A stretch of DNA of 64,000 bases from contig JADKHC010000019.1 in assembly GCA_016721945.1 (NCBI GenBank), forward strand, positions 12,370 through 76,369, in the 5' to 3' direction. Made by a program: the position numbers and the translations under genes. Source of the stretch: Verrucomicrobiota bacterium. GTDB lineage: Bacteria > Verrucomicrobiota > Verrucomicrobiia > Opitutales > Opitutaceae. Positions 20,882 to 29,875 of the stretch are shown piece by piece. Position 1 is the first letter of the stretch. Each line of letters begins with the position of its first letter. The notes under the pieces were generated by a model, which saw only the letters and a list, made by a program, of their open reading frames with translations, was not told where the DNA came from and ran no database searches.

Positions 20882-21023
20882 GTGAGAAGTTACGTAAGTA
20901 GGTTGTTGGCGGTGGTTGTGCAGAGGAAAGCCTTGACTAACGAGGGGGCAATACGTCTTACAAGGTGCTTTATTGCCCACTTTTATCGAATGAACAAAAC
21001 CTCTGTGTCCACCCAAGCATTGT

Positions 21024-21284
21024 ATGTCTGACGGCAAGTCGATTGAAGTTGAAGGAAAAATCGTAGCCGTACTTCCCGGCACGATGTTCAAAGTGCAGCT
21101 CTCTAACGGCCATGTTGTTCTTGCGCATATCTCGGGCAAGCTCCGCAAAAACTTCATCAAGATCGCCGCAGGCGACAACGTGAAGATGGAGATGAGCCCG
21201 TACGATCTCGAAAAAGCGCGCATCACCTATCGCATGAAAGACGAGCGTGCCTTCACGCGCGCTCCCATGCGCCGCCGCTACTAA
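21024..21284 (+). CDS. infA: Translation initiation factor IF-1 with a ~14-aa basic C-terminal tail
   Basis: 86 aa. [64 protein letters not shown] aligns with E. coli InfA. It carries the extra tail [15 protein letters not shown]. Confidence 0.93.
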   Translation: MSDGKSIEVEGKIVAVLPGTMFKVQLSNGHVVLAHISGKLRKNFIKIAAGDNVKMEMSPYDLEKARITYRMKDERAFTRAPMRRRY

Positions 21285-21313
21285 GTCGGCCGGTTGGTCG
21301 GTGCCGTATTCTT

Positions 21314-22312
21314 ATGGCCCGTCTTCGCCAAGTTTCCAAGGCCGACCGCGAGCGCAGCAAAGCGTCAGCGGCTTTCGCCACCGATATCGACGGCTACATC
21401 GGTTTCCTCGACCTCGAGCGCGGGCTTTCGCCGCACACGCTGAGCGGTTATCAAACCGATCTCGATCAGTGCGCAAAATTTCTCGCCCGGCACGGCGCGG
21501 CCGATTGGCGCAACGTCACTGCGGGTGAAGTTGAAGCGTGGATACATTCGCTCGGCGGCACCGATTACACGGTCGCGAGCCTGGCGCGAAAACTCACGGC
21601 TTTGCGCGGGCTCTCGCGCCACCTCGTGCGCGAGGAATTGCGGGGCGAGGATTTTACCGAACTATTGACTGGCCCTAAAATCGCGCGACGCATTCCAGGC
21701 ACGCTCACCGAGACCGAGGTGGAGCGTTTGCTGGCCGCGCCGGTGGGAGGCGATCCGATTTCGCTGCGCGACCGGGCGATTCTCGAACTATTTTATTCGA
21801 GCGGGTTACGCGTTTCTGAGCTTGGCGGCTTGATGCTTCAACAGATCGATTTGAAGGAAGGTTTTCTGCGTGTTTTTGGCAAAGGTTCGAAGGAGCGAGT
21901 GGTTCCGGTTGGCGGCCGCGCGGTTGCTGCACTGGAAACGTACATCACGGCCGCGCGTGGTCATTTCGTGAAGCCGAAGAAAACCGGCAGCGCGATCTTC
22001 CTGAGCGAGCGCGGCACGGCGATCTCCCGCAAAATGCTCTGGGTGATCGTCAAGAAATACGCGAAGCGCGCAGGCATCGAAAAGCCGGTGAAACCGCACT
22101 TGCTGCGGCATTCGTTTGCCACGCATCTGCTGGGTGGCGGGGCCGACCTGCGCGCGATCCAGGAAATGCTTGGTCACGCCAATCTTGCGACGACTCAGAT
22201 CTACACCGCCGTCGAAGAAAAACGCCTGATCGACCAGCACACGAAGTTTCATCCGCGGAACAAAGCGGCGCAGCCCAGAAATCGTGCCCACGGTACAGGT
22301 GAAAACCCTTGA
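21314..22312 (+). CDS. xerD: Tyrosine recombinase XerD/XerC type
   Basis: 332 aa. N-terminal SAM-like domain (LERGLSPHTLSGYQTDL). Catalytic motifs LLYSSGLRVSEL, HLLRHSFATHLL, LGHANLATTQIYT. Confidence 0.85.
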   Translation: MARLRQVSKADRERSKASAAFATDIDGYIGFLDLERGLSPHTLSGYQTDLDQCAKFLARHGAADWRNVTAGEVEAWIHSLGGTDYTVASLARKLTALRGLSRHLVREELRGEDFTELLTGPKIARRIPGTLTETEVERLLAAPVGGDPISLRDRAILELFYSSGLRVSELGGLMLQQIDLKEGFLRVFGKGSKERVVPVGGRAVAALETYITAARGHFVKPKKTGSAIFLSERGTAISRKMLWVIVKKYAKRAGIEKPVKPHLLRHSFATHLLGGGADLRAIQEMLGHANLATTQIYTAVEEKRLIDQHTKFHPRNKAAQPRNRAHGTGENP

Positions 22313-22466
22313 CCAGATTTGGTTTCACGCCGTCATCCAATGCTTCTACCGGCTGTGAAAATTAACAACCACGTCACTCTCGAAAACAACGCGTTCAACG
22401 CGCGTCGGGTGGCTGCCGGGCTCGCATCAGATTGCGCGGGCTCCGGGTTGCGTTATCTCTCTGTCT

Positions 22467-24386
22467 ATGTCCGATAAGATCACCCACGAGTGCGGCATCG
22501 CTTTGGTCCGCCTGCTCAAACCGCTGTCGTACTATCAGGAAAAATACGGTTCGCCGTTGTGGGGGTTCACGAAGCTTTTCCTGCTGATGGAAAAACAGCA
22601 CAACCGTGGCCAGGACGGCGCGGGCGTGGCTTGCGTGAAGCTCGATGTGGCGCCGGGCGAGCCCTACATGTACCGCGAGCGCTGCGTGAAAACCAATCCG
22701 CTCGACAAGATTTTCCGTACGCTGCTCTCAAGCTACAACGCAAAGGTCGGCTCCGGCGAAATTCATCCCGAGTTCGCCGACACGGTGAAGCAACATTTCG
22801 ATTTTGGCGGTGAGCTTTTGATGGGTCACCTTCGCTACGGCACCTCGGGCGGCTACAACATCAGCTCGTGTCATCCGTTTTTCCGCCGCAGTTCCTGGCC
22901 GACGCGCAACCTCGCGCTCTGCGGAAATTTCAACATGACCAACACCGCGGAGCTGAACGCCAGCCTCATCGCGATGGGTCAGCATCCGGTTTTCGCCACG
23001 GACACGCAGGCGCTGTTGGAAAAAATCGGCTTCTTCCTCGATGAGGAACACGAGGATCTTTATCGCGGCCTGCGCGCCCAAAATCTCGCTGGCAGCGAGA
23101 TCACCCACCGTATCAACGAAGAGCTCGATCTCGCGCGCGTCATCACGCGCTCGGCCAAGAAGTGGGATGGTGGATACGCGTTGGTTGGCATGGTTGGTAA
23201 CGGCGACGCCTTCGTCGCGCGCGATCCATCAGGCATTCGCCCCTGTCACTATTTTCAAAACGACGAAGTCATCGCCTTCGCCTCTGAGCGAGCGCCGCTC
23301 ATGACGGTGTTCGATCTGGCCGTCGAGCAGGTCAAGGAAGTCGAGCCCGGCCATGTAGTCGTTATCAAGAAACGCGGTGCGATCACCAGTACCCGCTTTA
23401 CCGAACCATTGCCCAAGTCTTCGTGTTCGTTCGAGCGCATTTATTTTTCGCGCGGCAACGATCTCGATATCTATCGCGAGCGCAAAGCCCTCGGCGGTCG
23501 CATGGTCGATCAAGTGATCAAGTCCGTGGGCGGAGATTTTGGTAAGGCCGTTTTCAGCTTCGTTCCCAACACTGCCGAAATCGCTTTCTACGGTCTGATG
23601 GAGCAACTCCGCATCCGTCGTCGTGACGAGGTAAAAGCGTCGATCATGAAGGCGGCGCGCGAGGGCGTTTTAAGCGAAGGTTTGATCGACGATCTTATCC
23701 TGCGCAACTGGCCGCGCGCGGAAAAAGTCGTGAGCAAGGACATCAAGATCCGCACGTTCATCGGGCAGGAGACGATGCGCAACCAGCTCGCGAGCCACGT
23801 TTATGACATTGCGTATGGTTCGGTCGATGCCGGCAAAGATGCCCTCGTGTGTGTCGACGATTCCATCGTGCGCGGCACCACGTTGCGTCGCTCCATTTTG
23901 CGGATACTCGCCCGCCTCAATCCGCGCAAAATCGTCATCGCTTCGACCGCGCCCCAGATTCGTTATCCCGATTGCTACGGCATCGATATGTCCGAGCTCG
24001 GTAAATTCATCGCCTTCGAAGCTGCGATTGCGCTGCTCAAGGAAAACGGCAAGGCCGACGTGATCGAAGATGTTTACCGTCTCTGCCGTGCGGAAGTCGC
24101 CAAACCGATAGGCGTCACGCAGGTGAACCACGTCTGCAAGATCTACGAACCGTTTAGCGCCGAGCAGATCTCCGCCCGGATCGCCGAACTCGTGCGTCCG
24201 AAGAACATCGAGTGGAAGGGCGAAGTCGAAATCCTTTTCCAGACCGTGGAAAACCTGCACATCGCCGTGCCGAACCACACGGGCGACTGGTATTTCACCG
24301 GCAAATATCCGACGCCCGGCGGCTTCCGTGTCGTGAATCAGGCTTACCTCAATTATTTCGAAAAAAGCGAAGGCCGCAGCTACTAA
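22467..24386 (+). CDS. purF: Amidophosphoribosyltransferase, long Bacteroidetes-type class-II glutamine amidotransferase
   Basis: 639 aa. MSDKITHECGIALV places the Ntn Cys after a short propeptide. GHLRYGTSG is present, and the PRTase motif VCVDDSIVRGTT. Confidence 0.85.
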   Translation: MSDKITHECGIALVRLLKPLSYYQEKYGSPLWGFTKLFLLMEKQHNRGQDGAGVACVKLDVAPGEPYMYRERCVKTNPLDKIFRTLLSSYNAKVGSGEIHPEFADTVKQHFDFGGELLMGHLRYGTSGGYNISSCHPFFRRSSWPTRNLALCGNFNMTNTAELNASLIAMGQHPVFATDTQALLEKIGFFLDEEHEDLYRGLRAQNLAGSEITHRINEELDLARVITRSAKKWDGGYALVGMVGNGDAFVARDPSGIRPCHYFQNDEVIAFASERAPLMTVFDLAVEQVKEVEPGHVVVIKKRGAITSTRFTEPLPKSSCSFERIYFSRGNDLDIYRERKALGGRMVDQVIKSVGGDFGKAVFSFVPNTAEIAFYGLMEQLRIRRRDEVKASIMKAAREGVLSEGLIDDLILRNWPRAEKVVSKDIKIRTFIGQETMRNQLASHVYDIAYGSVDAGKDALVCVDDSIVRGTTLRRSILRILARLNPRKIVIASTAPQIRYPDCYGIDMSELGKFIAFEAAIALLKENGKADVIEDVYRLCRAEVAKPIGVTQVNHVCKIYEPFSAEQISARIAELVRPKNIEWKGEVEILFQTVENLHIAVPNHTGDWYFTGKYPTPGGFRVVNQAYLNYFEKSEGRSY

Positions 24387-24392
24387 GCCGCG

Positions 24393-24932
24393 ATGGCGAC
24401 GAAGAAACCAGATCTGGTTTTGCCCAAGATCCACACGCTGCGAAAGCAGAAGGTGGTCTTGGATTCGGATTTGGCGGTGTTGTATGGTGTGCCCACGAAA
24501 CGCCTCAATGAAGCGGTGCGAAGAAACGCGGAACGGTTCCCTGATGACTTTCGCTTTCAGCTTACGAGCGAAGAGGTTGCAATCTTAAGGTCGCAATTTG
24601 CGACCTTAAAAACCGAAGTACACGGCAAACACACGAAGTATCGCCCAACCGTCTTCTCCGAGCACGGCGCACTGATGGCCGCGACGATTTTGCGGAGCCC
24701 ACGCGCCGTACAGATGAGCATCTATCTCGTGCGTGCGTTCGTGCAGATGCGTGGTGAGTTGCAGACCAACCTCACGATCCTCAAGCGGCTCGCCGAAGTG
24801 GATCGCAAGTTGATCGAGCATGATTCCGTACTACGCGAAGTGATCACGCGCCTGCAACCGCTGCTCGATGCACCGGATGAGCCTGAAGCGCCGACGAAGC
24901 GAAAAATCGGTTTCCATGAAGGGAATCGTTGA
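24393..24932 (+). CDS. ORF6N (KilA-N superfamily) domain protein
   Basis: 179 aa. IHTLRKQKVVLDSDLAVLYGVPTKRLNEAVRRNAERFPDDFRFQLTSEE is the characteristic ORF6N signature. It starts 6 nt after the purF stop. Confidence 0.8.
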   Translation: MATKKPDLVLPKIHTLRKQKVVLDSDLAVLYGVPTKRLNEAVRRNAERFPDDFRFQLTSEEVAILRSQFATLKTEVHGKHTKYRPTVFSEHGALMAATILRSPRAVQMSIYLVRAFVQMRGELQTNLTILKRLAEVDRKLIEHDSVLREVITRLQPLLDAPDEPEAPTKRKIGFHEGNR

Positions 24933-24963
24933 AGCCGACGCTGTCTCTTGTTTCGATTTTCCC

Positions 24964-26070
24964 ATGGGTCTATCCTACGAATCCGCCGGTGTCCGATACG
25001 ATCAGCTCGATGCGTTCAAGCGCGCTTGTCAGCGTGCCGCGCGTACCACCGCCGGATTACTGACGGATCATGGTTATAGCGAGCCTGCGACGACGCGTGG
25101 CGAGAGCTGCTATTTGATCGAGGCGGAAGATCACTACCTCGCGCATGTCGAGGAAGGCCTTGGCACTAAGAACCTCGTGGCCGACGCCGTCTATGCGCAG
25201 ACGGGCAAATGTTTTTATCGCGAAATTTCCATCGATACCGTCGCGACGATTGTGAATGACCTCGTGACCTGCGGCGCACTGCCGATCTCGGTCGCGATGC
25301 ACGCGGCGGTTGGCGATTCCGGTTGGTTTAGCGACGAAAAGCGCATGCAAGGCCTCGTCGAAGGTTTCGCCGAGGGCTGCAAACAGGCCGGCGCGGTCTG
25401 GGGCGGCGGCGAAACGCCGACGCTGCGCGGTATCGTGAATCCTGATACGATTGTGTTAGCGGGTTCGGCCGTGGGAAAACTTTCGCCGAAAAATCTCCGC
25501 ATCACGGGCGATGTCAAAGAAGGCGACGCGATTATCTTTTTGGCTTCGTCCGGCGTACAGACCAACGGACTCACACTCTGTCGCAAGATCGCCGACCAGC
25601 TCCCGCAGGGTTACCAGACGCCGATTGGTTTTGGCGACACGCGCACCTACGGTGAAGCGTTGCTCGCGCCGTCGGTGATCTACGTTGAGTTTGTTCGCGA
25701 ATGCCAGCAGCGCGGCTTGAAGCTCAACTACGTCGCGCACGTGACCGGTCACGGCTGGCGCAAGCTCATGCGTTTGGAAGAGCCGTTTGTTTACGAAATC
25801 ACGAATGTGCGTCAGGAGCCTGCGCTGTTTCAATTTTTAGAAAAGGCCGGTCCGATCTCGAAGCGTGAAATGTACGCGACTTTCAATCAAGGGATTGGTT
25901 TCGCCGCCTACATGGCTCCCGAGTTGGCGGAGCACGTACTCGAAGCAGCGAAAGCCGCAGGCTATGACGCTTGGCAGGCTGGCGTCGTTAAGAAAGAAGG
26001 CACGCGCAAAGCCGTCGTGATTCCATCGCTCGGCCTCGCCTACGAAGGCGACACGTTGCAAGTGCGGTGA
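24964..26070 (+). CDS. purM: AIR synthase-related protein (phosphoribosylformylglycinamidine cyclo-ligase-like)
   Basis: ORF 24868..26070 trimmed to the ATG at 24964 (MGLSYESAGV...). An alternative ATG at 24916 overlaps the ORF6N gene. PurM-type N and C domains: EEGLGTKN, DLVTCGALP, GGGETP. Confidence 0.75.
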   Translation: MGLSYESAGVRYDQLDAFKRACQRAARTTAGLLTDHGYSEPATTRGESCYLIEAEDHYLAHVEEGLGTKNLVADAVYAQTGKCFYREISIDTVATIVNDLVTCGALPISVAMHAAVGDSGWFSDEKRMQGLVEGFAEGCKQAGAVWGGGETPTLRGIVNPDTIVLAGSAVGKLSPKNLRITGDVKEGDAIIFLASSGVQTNGLTLCRKIADQLPQGYQTPIGFGDTRTYGEALLAPSVIYVEFVRECQQRGLKLNYVAHVTGHGWRKLMRLEEPFVYEITNVRQEPALFQFLEKAGPISKREMYATFNQGIGFAAYMAPELAEHVLEAAKAAGYDAWQAGVVKKEGTRKAVVIPSLGLAYEGDTLQVR

Positions 26071-26218
26071 GCCCGTAATGGTTCGGCTTTTGTGAAGCCG
26101 CATCCGAATCACCGAAAATAAATTTGGCTGAAATTGTCTTTGGGTAAGGCGCGCCCAGCGGTCGCGCCCTGCTAAGCCGGAACGATGCAGTTGGAGAAGA
26201 ATCTCCAGCGATGCAGCA

Positions 26219-26294
26219 GGTGGAGCCCAATGTTCCCATCGGGCTTGATCGAAGCCGCTCCCAAACCAGCCCGTTAGAGACAACGGGCTCCACC
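26219..26294. repeat. 76-bp palindromic element GGTGGAGCCC...GGGCTCCACC (copy 2, inverted relative to copy 1)
   Basis: Aligns by eye with the reverse complement of 16264-16337, with roughly 8 mismatches or indels. Same termini and same two hairpins. Confidence 0.85.
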
Positions 26295-26497
26295 CTCAAC
26301 TGCATGGATACGGGGCTAAGATCGGCTACCGTTTATCCGGCCGATCAAAAGTTGTGATCGCGGACTAGGGTGTTTGCCTCAGGCGATTGGGTATCAGAGG
26401 TAAAGTGCGGGTATATTTTTCCGGAAAAATACGCGTCTGGTCGGTTTTGTGACAACTTTGTAACAAGTCCGATTGTCGCTTCGCGTATAAAGTCGGC

Positions 26498-27064
26498 ATG
26501 CAAGATCGCACTCCAGTCGCCATTTCGCACACCGCTTTCGCGCACCAAAAACAGGGACGATTTCTCGCGTTGGGATGGGTCCTGTTTGTATTCGCCCTGA
26601 CTCAGGCTGCTCACGGCGGACCCCGCGTGAGCATGCCGCAGACACGTTCGTTTTTTGATGCGTACCAAGTCGCGCTCAAATTATCCCAAGACCACCCAGG
26701 CAGCCGTATTGTGAGCGTCGAATCCACCTACAGTATGTATCCCACGCTCGACTGGGATTCACTCGTCGTCATCGCGCCGGTATCGATTAACCAGATTGAG
26801 GCGGGCGACCTTGTTTGCTTCCGCGACCAGCGTGTCGACGGCGGGCGCAAGATTTTGCACCGCGTTGAGAAAATTCTTCGGAAGGATCACCGGCTTGTTA
26901 CGCGTGGAGATTTCATGGACCGCCCCGACCTGCATCCAGTCGGTGCGGATGCTCTGATCGGCAAGGCGGTGTATGTTGTTTATTTTGATCGTAGCGGCGA
27001 GGACCGCCCCAGCGCGCATTCGATGCCCACACCCACCCGGCATGAGCAAGTTCTGCGCTTGTGA
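26498..27064 (+). CDS. S26-family signal peptidase of the ER/archaeal (SipW/Sec11-like, Ser/His) type
   Basis: 188 aa. TM anchor (FLALGWVLFVFALTQAA). Box B STYSMYPTLD, box C AGDLVCF, box D ILHRV with His where bacterial SPase I has Lys, then VTRGDFMDRPDLHPV...LIGKAV (the TKGDNN..D..pV pattern). Confidence 0.65.
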   Translation: MQDRTPVAISHTAFAHQKQGRFLALGWVLFVFALTQAAHGGPRVSMPQTRSFFDAYQVALKLSQDHPGSRIVSVESTYSMYPTLDWDSLVVIAPVSINQIEAGDLVCFRDQRVDGGRKILHRVEKILRKDHRLVTRGDFMDRPDLHPVGADALIGKAVYVVYFDRSGEDRPSAHSMPTPTRHEQVLRL

Positions 27065-27627
27065 CATCGCTACCGCAGCTTCGCCGGTCGATTCGCGACG
27101 GAAAGAGTCGAGCTTGGGAGCGATGAGGATTTTATCTCCGCTGATTGAATGCCGTTTGTCTCAGGTTACTGGATGCGCCACGTTGACAGTCGAGAAGCCG
27201 GGAGCGCGAAATGGATGCTCCCGCCGATATCCGAACCTTCGATCACTCGTGATTGGTTAATAAATCTGCGTCTCTCTGCGAAATCTGCGGATGAGGTGTC
27301 TGCTTTGCGTGAGCCAAATTGGGTATCGATGGTGGTTATGTCTCACGCAAAGCAGCCAAGTCGCGAAGTTCCGAACCGGCTCGAATGGAGCGCGCTGCGC
27401 TGTCAGCGCCGGGATTGTTGAGGTGAGTATTCTGCTGGTGCGAATTCCTCCGGTCCAGTTTTCCTGAGTTCCATATTGGTGTTCTGTCTTGGTTCGTTTT
27501 TCAGGCGCATAAAAAGCCCCGCGATTTTTAGGCGCGAGGCTTGGCTGAGAAAGATAAAGAGAACGAGAAAGAGGAAAGAGCGCGCGGGTTTTGGGAAGCG
27601 CTTTGAGGTCAAGTCGCTCCACCCTAA

Positions 27628-29568
27628 CTAACGGTGTTCCTCGTAGGTGATATCGATCTTGGCGGCGAAGGCTTTTTTCTTGGCGGCGCCTTGGAAGCGG
27701 ATGCTGTGCGTGCGCTCGTCGTAGCTGTATCCGTTTTGTGGATCGGCGGCGACTTCCTGTCCGTCGACCAGCACGCGAAGGCTCTTTTTGTACAGGGTCG
27801 CGCCGGGCGGAACCGGATCGAGCGCGACGGCAACGGTCTCGGCGATGCGGTCGCCGAGCGCGGCTAGCGGGCCCGAGAAATCGCCTTCGATGTTGAGCAC
27901 CGAACCGCCCGTGAGTTCGGCAGCGCGCCGGTGCGAGACATTGGTGGGCGATACCACCGCGTTGATCTCCAGCTTTCCGCGTTTGTTGCCCTTGGCGACG
28001 ATGAAGGGGCGCAGCACCCATTGGTCGATGTAGCTGTCGAGGGTCTGGCGTTTCAGGGGGTTGCGCTTGTTGTATTGGTTGAGCAGTTCAGGCAGTTTGC
28101 CGTCCTCGATCCACTCGGCTTGGCGGGCGCCGTCCTTGCCGCTCTTGCTGTCCTTCCAGGTGGCCATGCGCGTTTCTTCCTCGTCCATGAAGAAGACCAC
28201 GATCGTGGTGGCGGCGGGGCGCAGGAAGGCGTGCTGCTTGTTGTAGGAGCTCACGACGAAATTATACACGGATGTGAACGCAGTGCGGTTGCTGTCGCCG
28301 TTGGTGCCTACTTTGACTAGTTCGGCGAAGAGAGCGTCGGGCGTCTGTGGCGTAATCCACGGTTGGTCGAGGGCCGGAAGCGTTACGAGGAGGCCGTTGC
28401 TGGCGACGCGTTTGGTGATCTGCTTTGGTTTGTTGCGGCGGTCGAGCACGGGATTACCGGTTTTGTCGAGTTCGACGGAACGGACCTTTTTGAAGAAGGG
28501 TTGGTCGTTAGCGCTGTAGGATGGATTGGCGTTCACGAAATCGGTTGTCAGCACGCCGATGCGGTAGTCGAGATCACGCTCGCGGAAGAGCTGCCTGAAG
28601 CGGCTCAGGTTGGCGGCGATCCGGCTCTGGTGCGCGGCCATGGAGGGCGAGTTGTTGATGACGAAGACGAGGTCGACCTCTCGGCTGCGGGAGCGATCGG
28701 CTGTGATGTGTTGCACGGTGCGGACTGGTTCGACTTTTACCTTGATGAAGTTCACTAATCCGAACTGCTGGTTGTTTTCGTCGAACGTGTAGTAGCCGAA
28801 CCGTTCTTCACCGATAAAGCCCGGGTTGGGCGCGTAGGTGAGCTGGCCGGTGGTGCGATCAAGCTTGGCGGTGCCGTTCTGCGGTTTGGCCTTTTCGTCC
28901 AGCATGTAGGCGATCTTTGGGTTGGCGATGCCGGCACGGGATTCCGGAGCCATGAAATCCTCGTGGCTGGGGATCTTTTGCGTGATTGGCCAGTTCGGGC
29001 GGGTCGTGACCAAGACCTCAAGGACATTCATCGTCTGTTCGCGAGTTGCGGTGACCTCGAGTTTGTCCAGCACGGTCGGTGGAGGCTGCTTCATCGTGAT
29101 TACGACGTTGTTTTTGAACACCAAGCCCGTGGCTTCGTTGCGCACCGTGTAGCCGAACGAGTCAATGCCCTCGTAGTCGGTGTCCGCTTGGTAGAGAAAA
29201 TAGTTCAGGCGAGAGGTTTTGTTGCTGAAGAAGTCGGAGTCGTCACCTCCGGCGACTCCGACGCGGCCGTGCTCCGGCTCTTGTGTGATCGTGTAGACGA
29301 GCGGGGAGCTGGCATCGGCTCCGCCCAGTTCCGGTGCGACGACGAGGTTTCCGTTCACGCCGCCGTTGTCAGTCTCAAACTCCATCGGTTTCGTCGACAC
29401 GATCGCGTCGGTGTCGGCGGGCGAGGATTCGCTTGGGGTGGGGGAATCACTCGCGGAAGCGGGCGTGTCGTCGGCGAAAGCCGGCGTCACAGCCAGCAGA
29501 AGTGCGAAGGGCAAGGCGCCCAGCCAAGTGCGGGCGCTGAGTTTGCGGCGAAGAGAGATGTAGGTCAT
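27628..29568 (-). CDS. Secreted protein with two cadherin/Ig-like modules and a vWA-like domain
   Basis: ORF 27628..29718 trimmed to the ATG at 29568 (MTYISLRRKLSARTWLGALPFALLLAVTPAFA, a signal peptide). Modules ...LVYTITQEPEHGRVGV...YEGIDSFGYTV and NGTAKLDRTTGQLTYAPNPGFIGEERFGYYT. vWA-like DLVFVINNSPSMAAHQ. Confidence 0.75.
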   Translation of the reverse strand: MTYISLRRKLSARTWLGALPFALLLAVTPAFADDTPASASDSPTPSESSPADTDAIVSTKPMEFETDNGGVNGNLVVAPELGGADASSPLVYTITQEPEHGRVGVAGGDDSDFFSNKTSRLNYFLYQADTDYEGIDSFGYTVRNEATGLVFKNNVVITMKQPPPTVLDKLEVTATREQTMNVLEVLVTTRPNWPITQKIPSHEDFMAPESRAGIANPKIAYMLDEKAKPQNGTAKLDRTTGQLTYAPNPGFIGEERFGYYTFDENNQQFGLVNFIKVKVEPVRTVQHITADRSRSREVDLVFVINNSPSMAAHQSRIAANLSRFRQLFRERDLDYRIGVLTTDFVNANPSYSANDQPFFKKVRSVELDKTGNPVLDRRNKPKQITKRVASNGLLVTLPALDQPWITPQTPDALFAELVKVGTNGDSNRTAFTSVYNFVVSSYNKQHAFLRPAATTIVVFFMDEEETRMATWKDSKSGKDGARQAEWIEDGKLPELLNQYNKRNPLKRQTLDSYIDQWVLRPFIVAKGNKRGKLEINAVVSPTNVSHRRAAELTGGSVLNIEGDFSGPLAALGDRIAETVAVALDPVPPGATLYKKSLRVLVDGQEVAADPQNGYSYDERTHSIRFQGAAKKKAFAAKIDITYEEHR

Positions 29569-29875
29569 GCGGAGAATGGAATGTAAAGTGTGAGGAGTGA
29601 ATAGAGTCACGCGCGCCCCGTCTTGGTTCCTTCTAGCCGCAGCGGAGTGGACGAAACACGTGTAAACAATCAGCAACGCGATGCGACGTGCAAGGTTGCA
29701 GCGGGACGAACCAGGCAACGACGGAGCGTTGCGCTCCAGGTGAGTTCATTGCTGGCGGCAGAGGTGAATTAGAACTATTTCAGCCTGCTTTTCAGGGGTT
29801 TTTCTAAATCTTTCAGTCTTTTGCCCGTTATCTAGCAGTGGGGTCGCCACTTGGCTCAATCCGACCTCATATCGT

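Noticed and set aside
20882-21226. N-terminal 115 codons of ORF 20351..21226
   Set aside because: This part overlaps infA and its promoter on the other strand and has no deaminase homology. tadA was trimmed to the ATG at 20881. The same logic was applied to ORFs 38238..39434, 39150..40697, 32652..34562, 27628..29718, 44991..46145, 42617..43666 and 47264..47944.
21314-22312. XerD as the integrase of a mobile island
   Set aside because: Its size and motifs fit the chromosomal dimer-resolution Xer type. It is flanked by infA and purF, with no att-like direct repeats or cargo.
22313-22466. Possible purine/ZTP riboswitch upstream of purF
   Set aside because: I looked for the ZTP (pfl) and purine riboswitch core sequences by eye and could not find them. 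An Infernal scan would be needed to be certain.
23670-24434. 254-aa minus-strand ORF
   Set aside because: Antisense shadow of purF.
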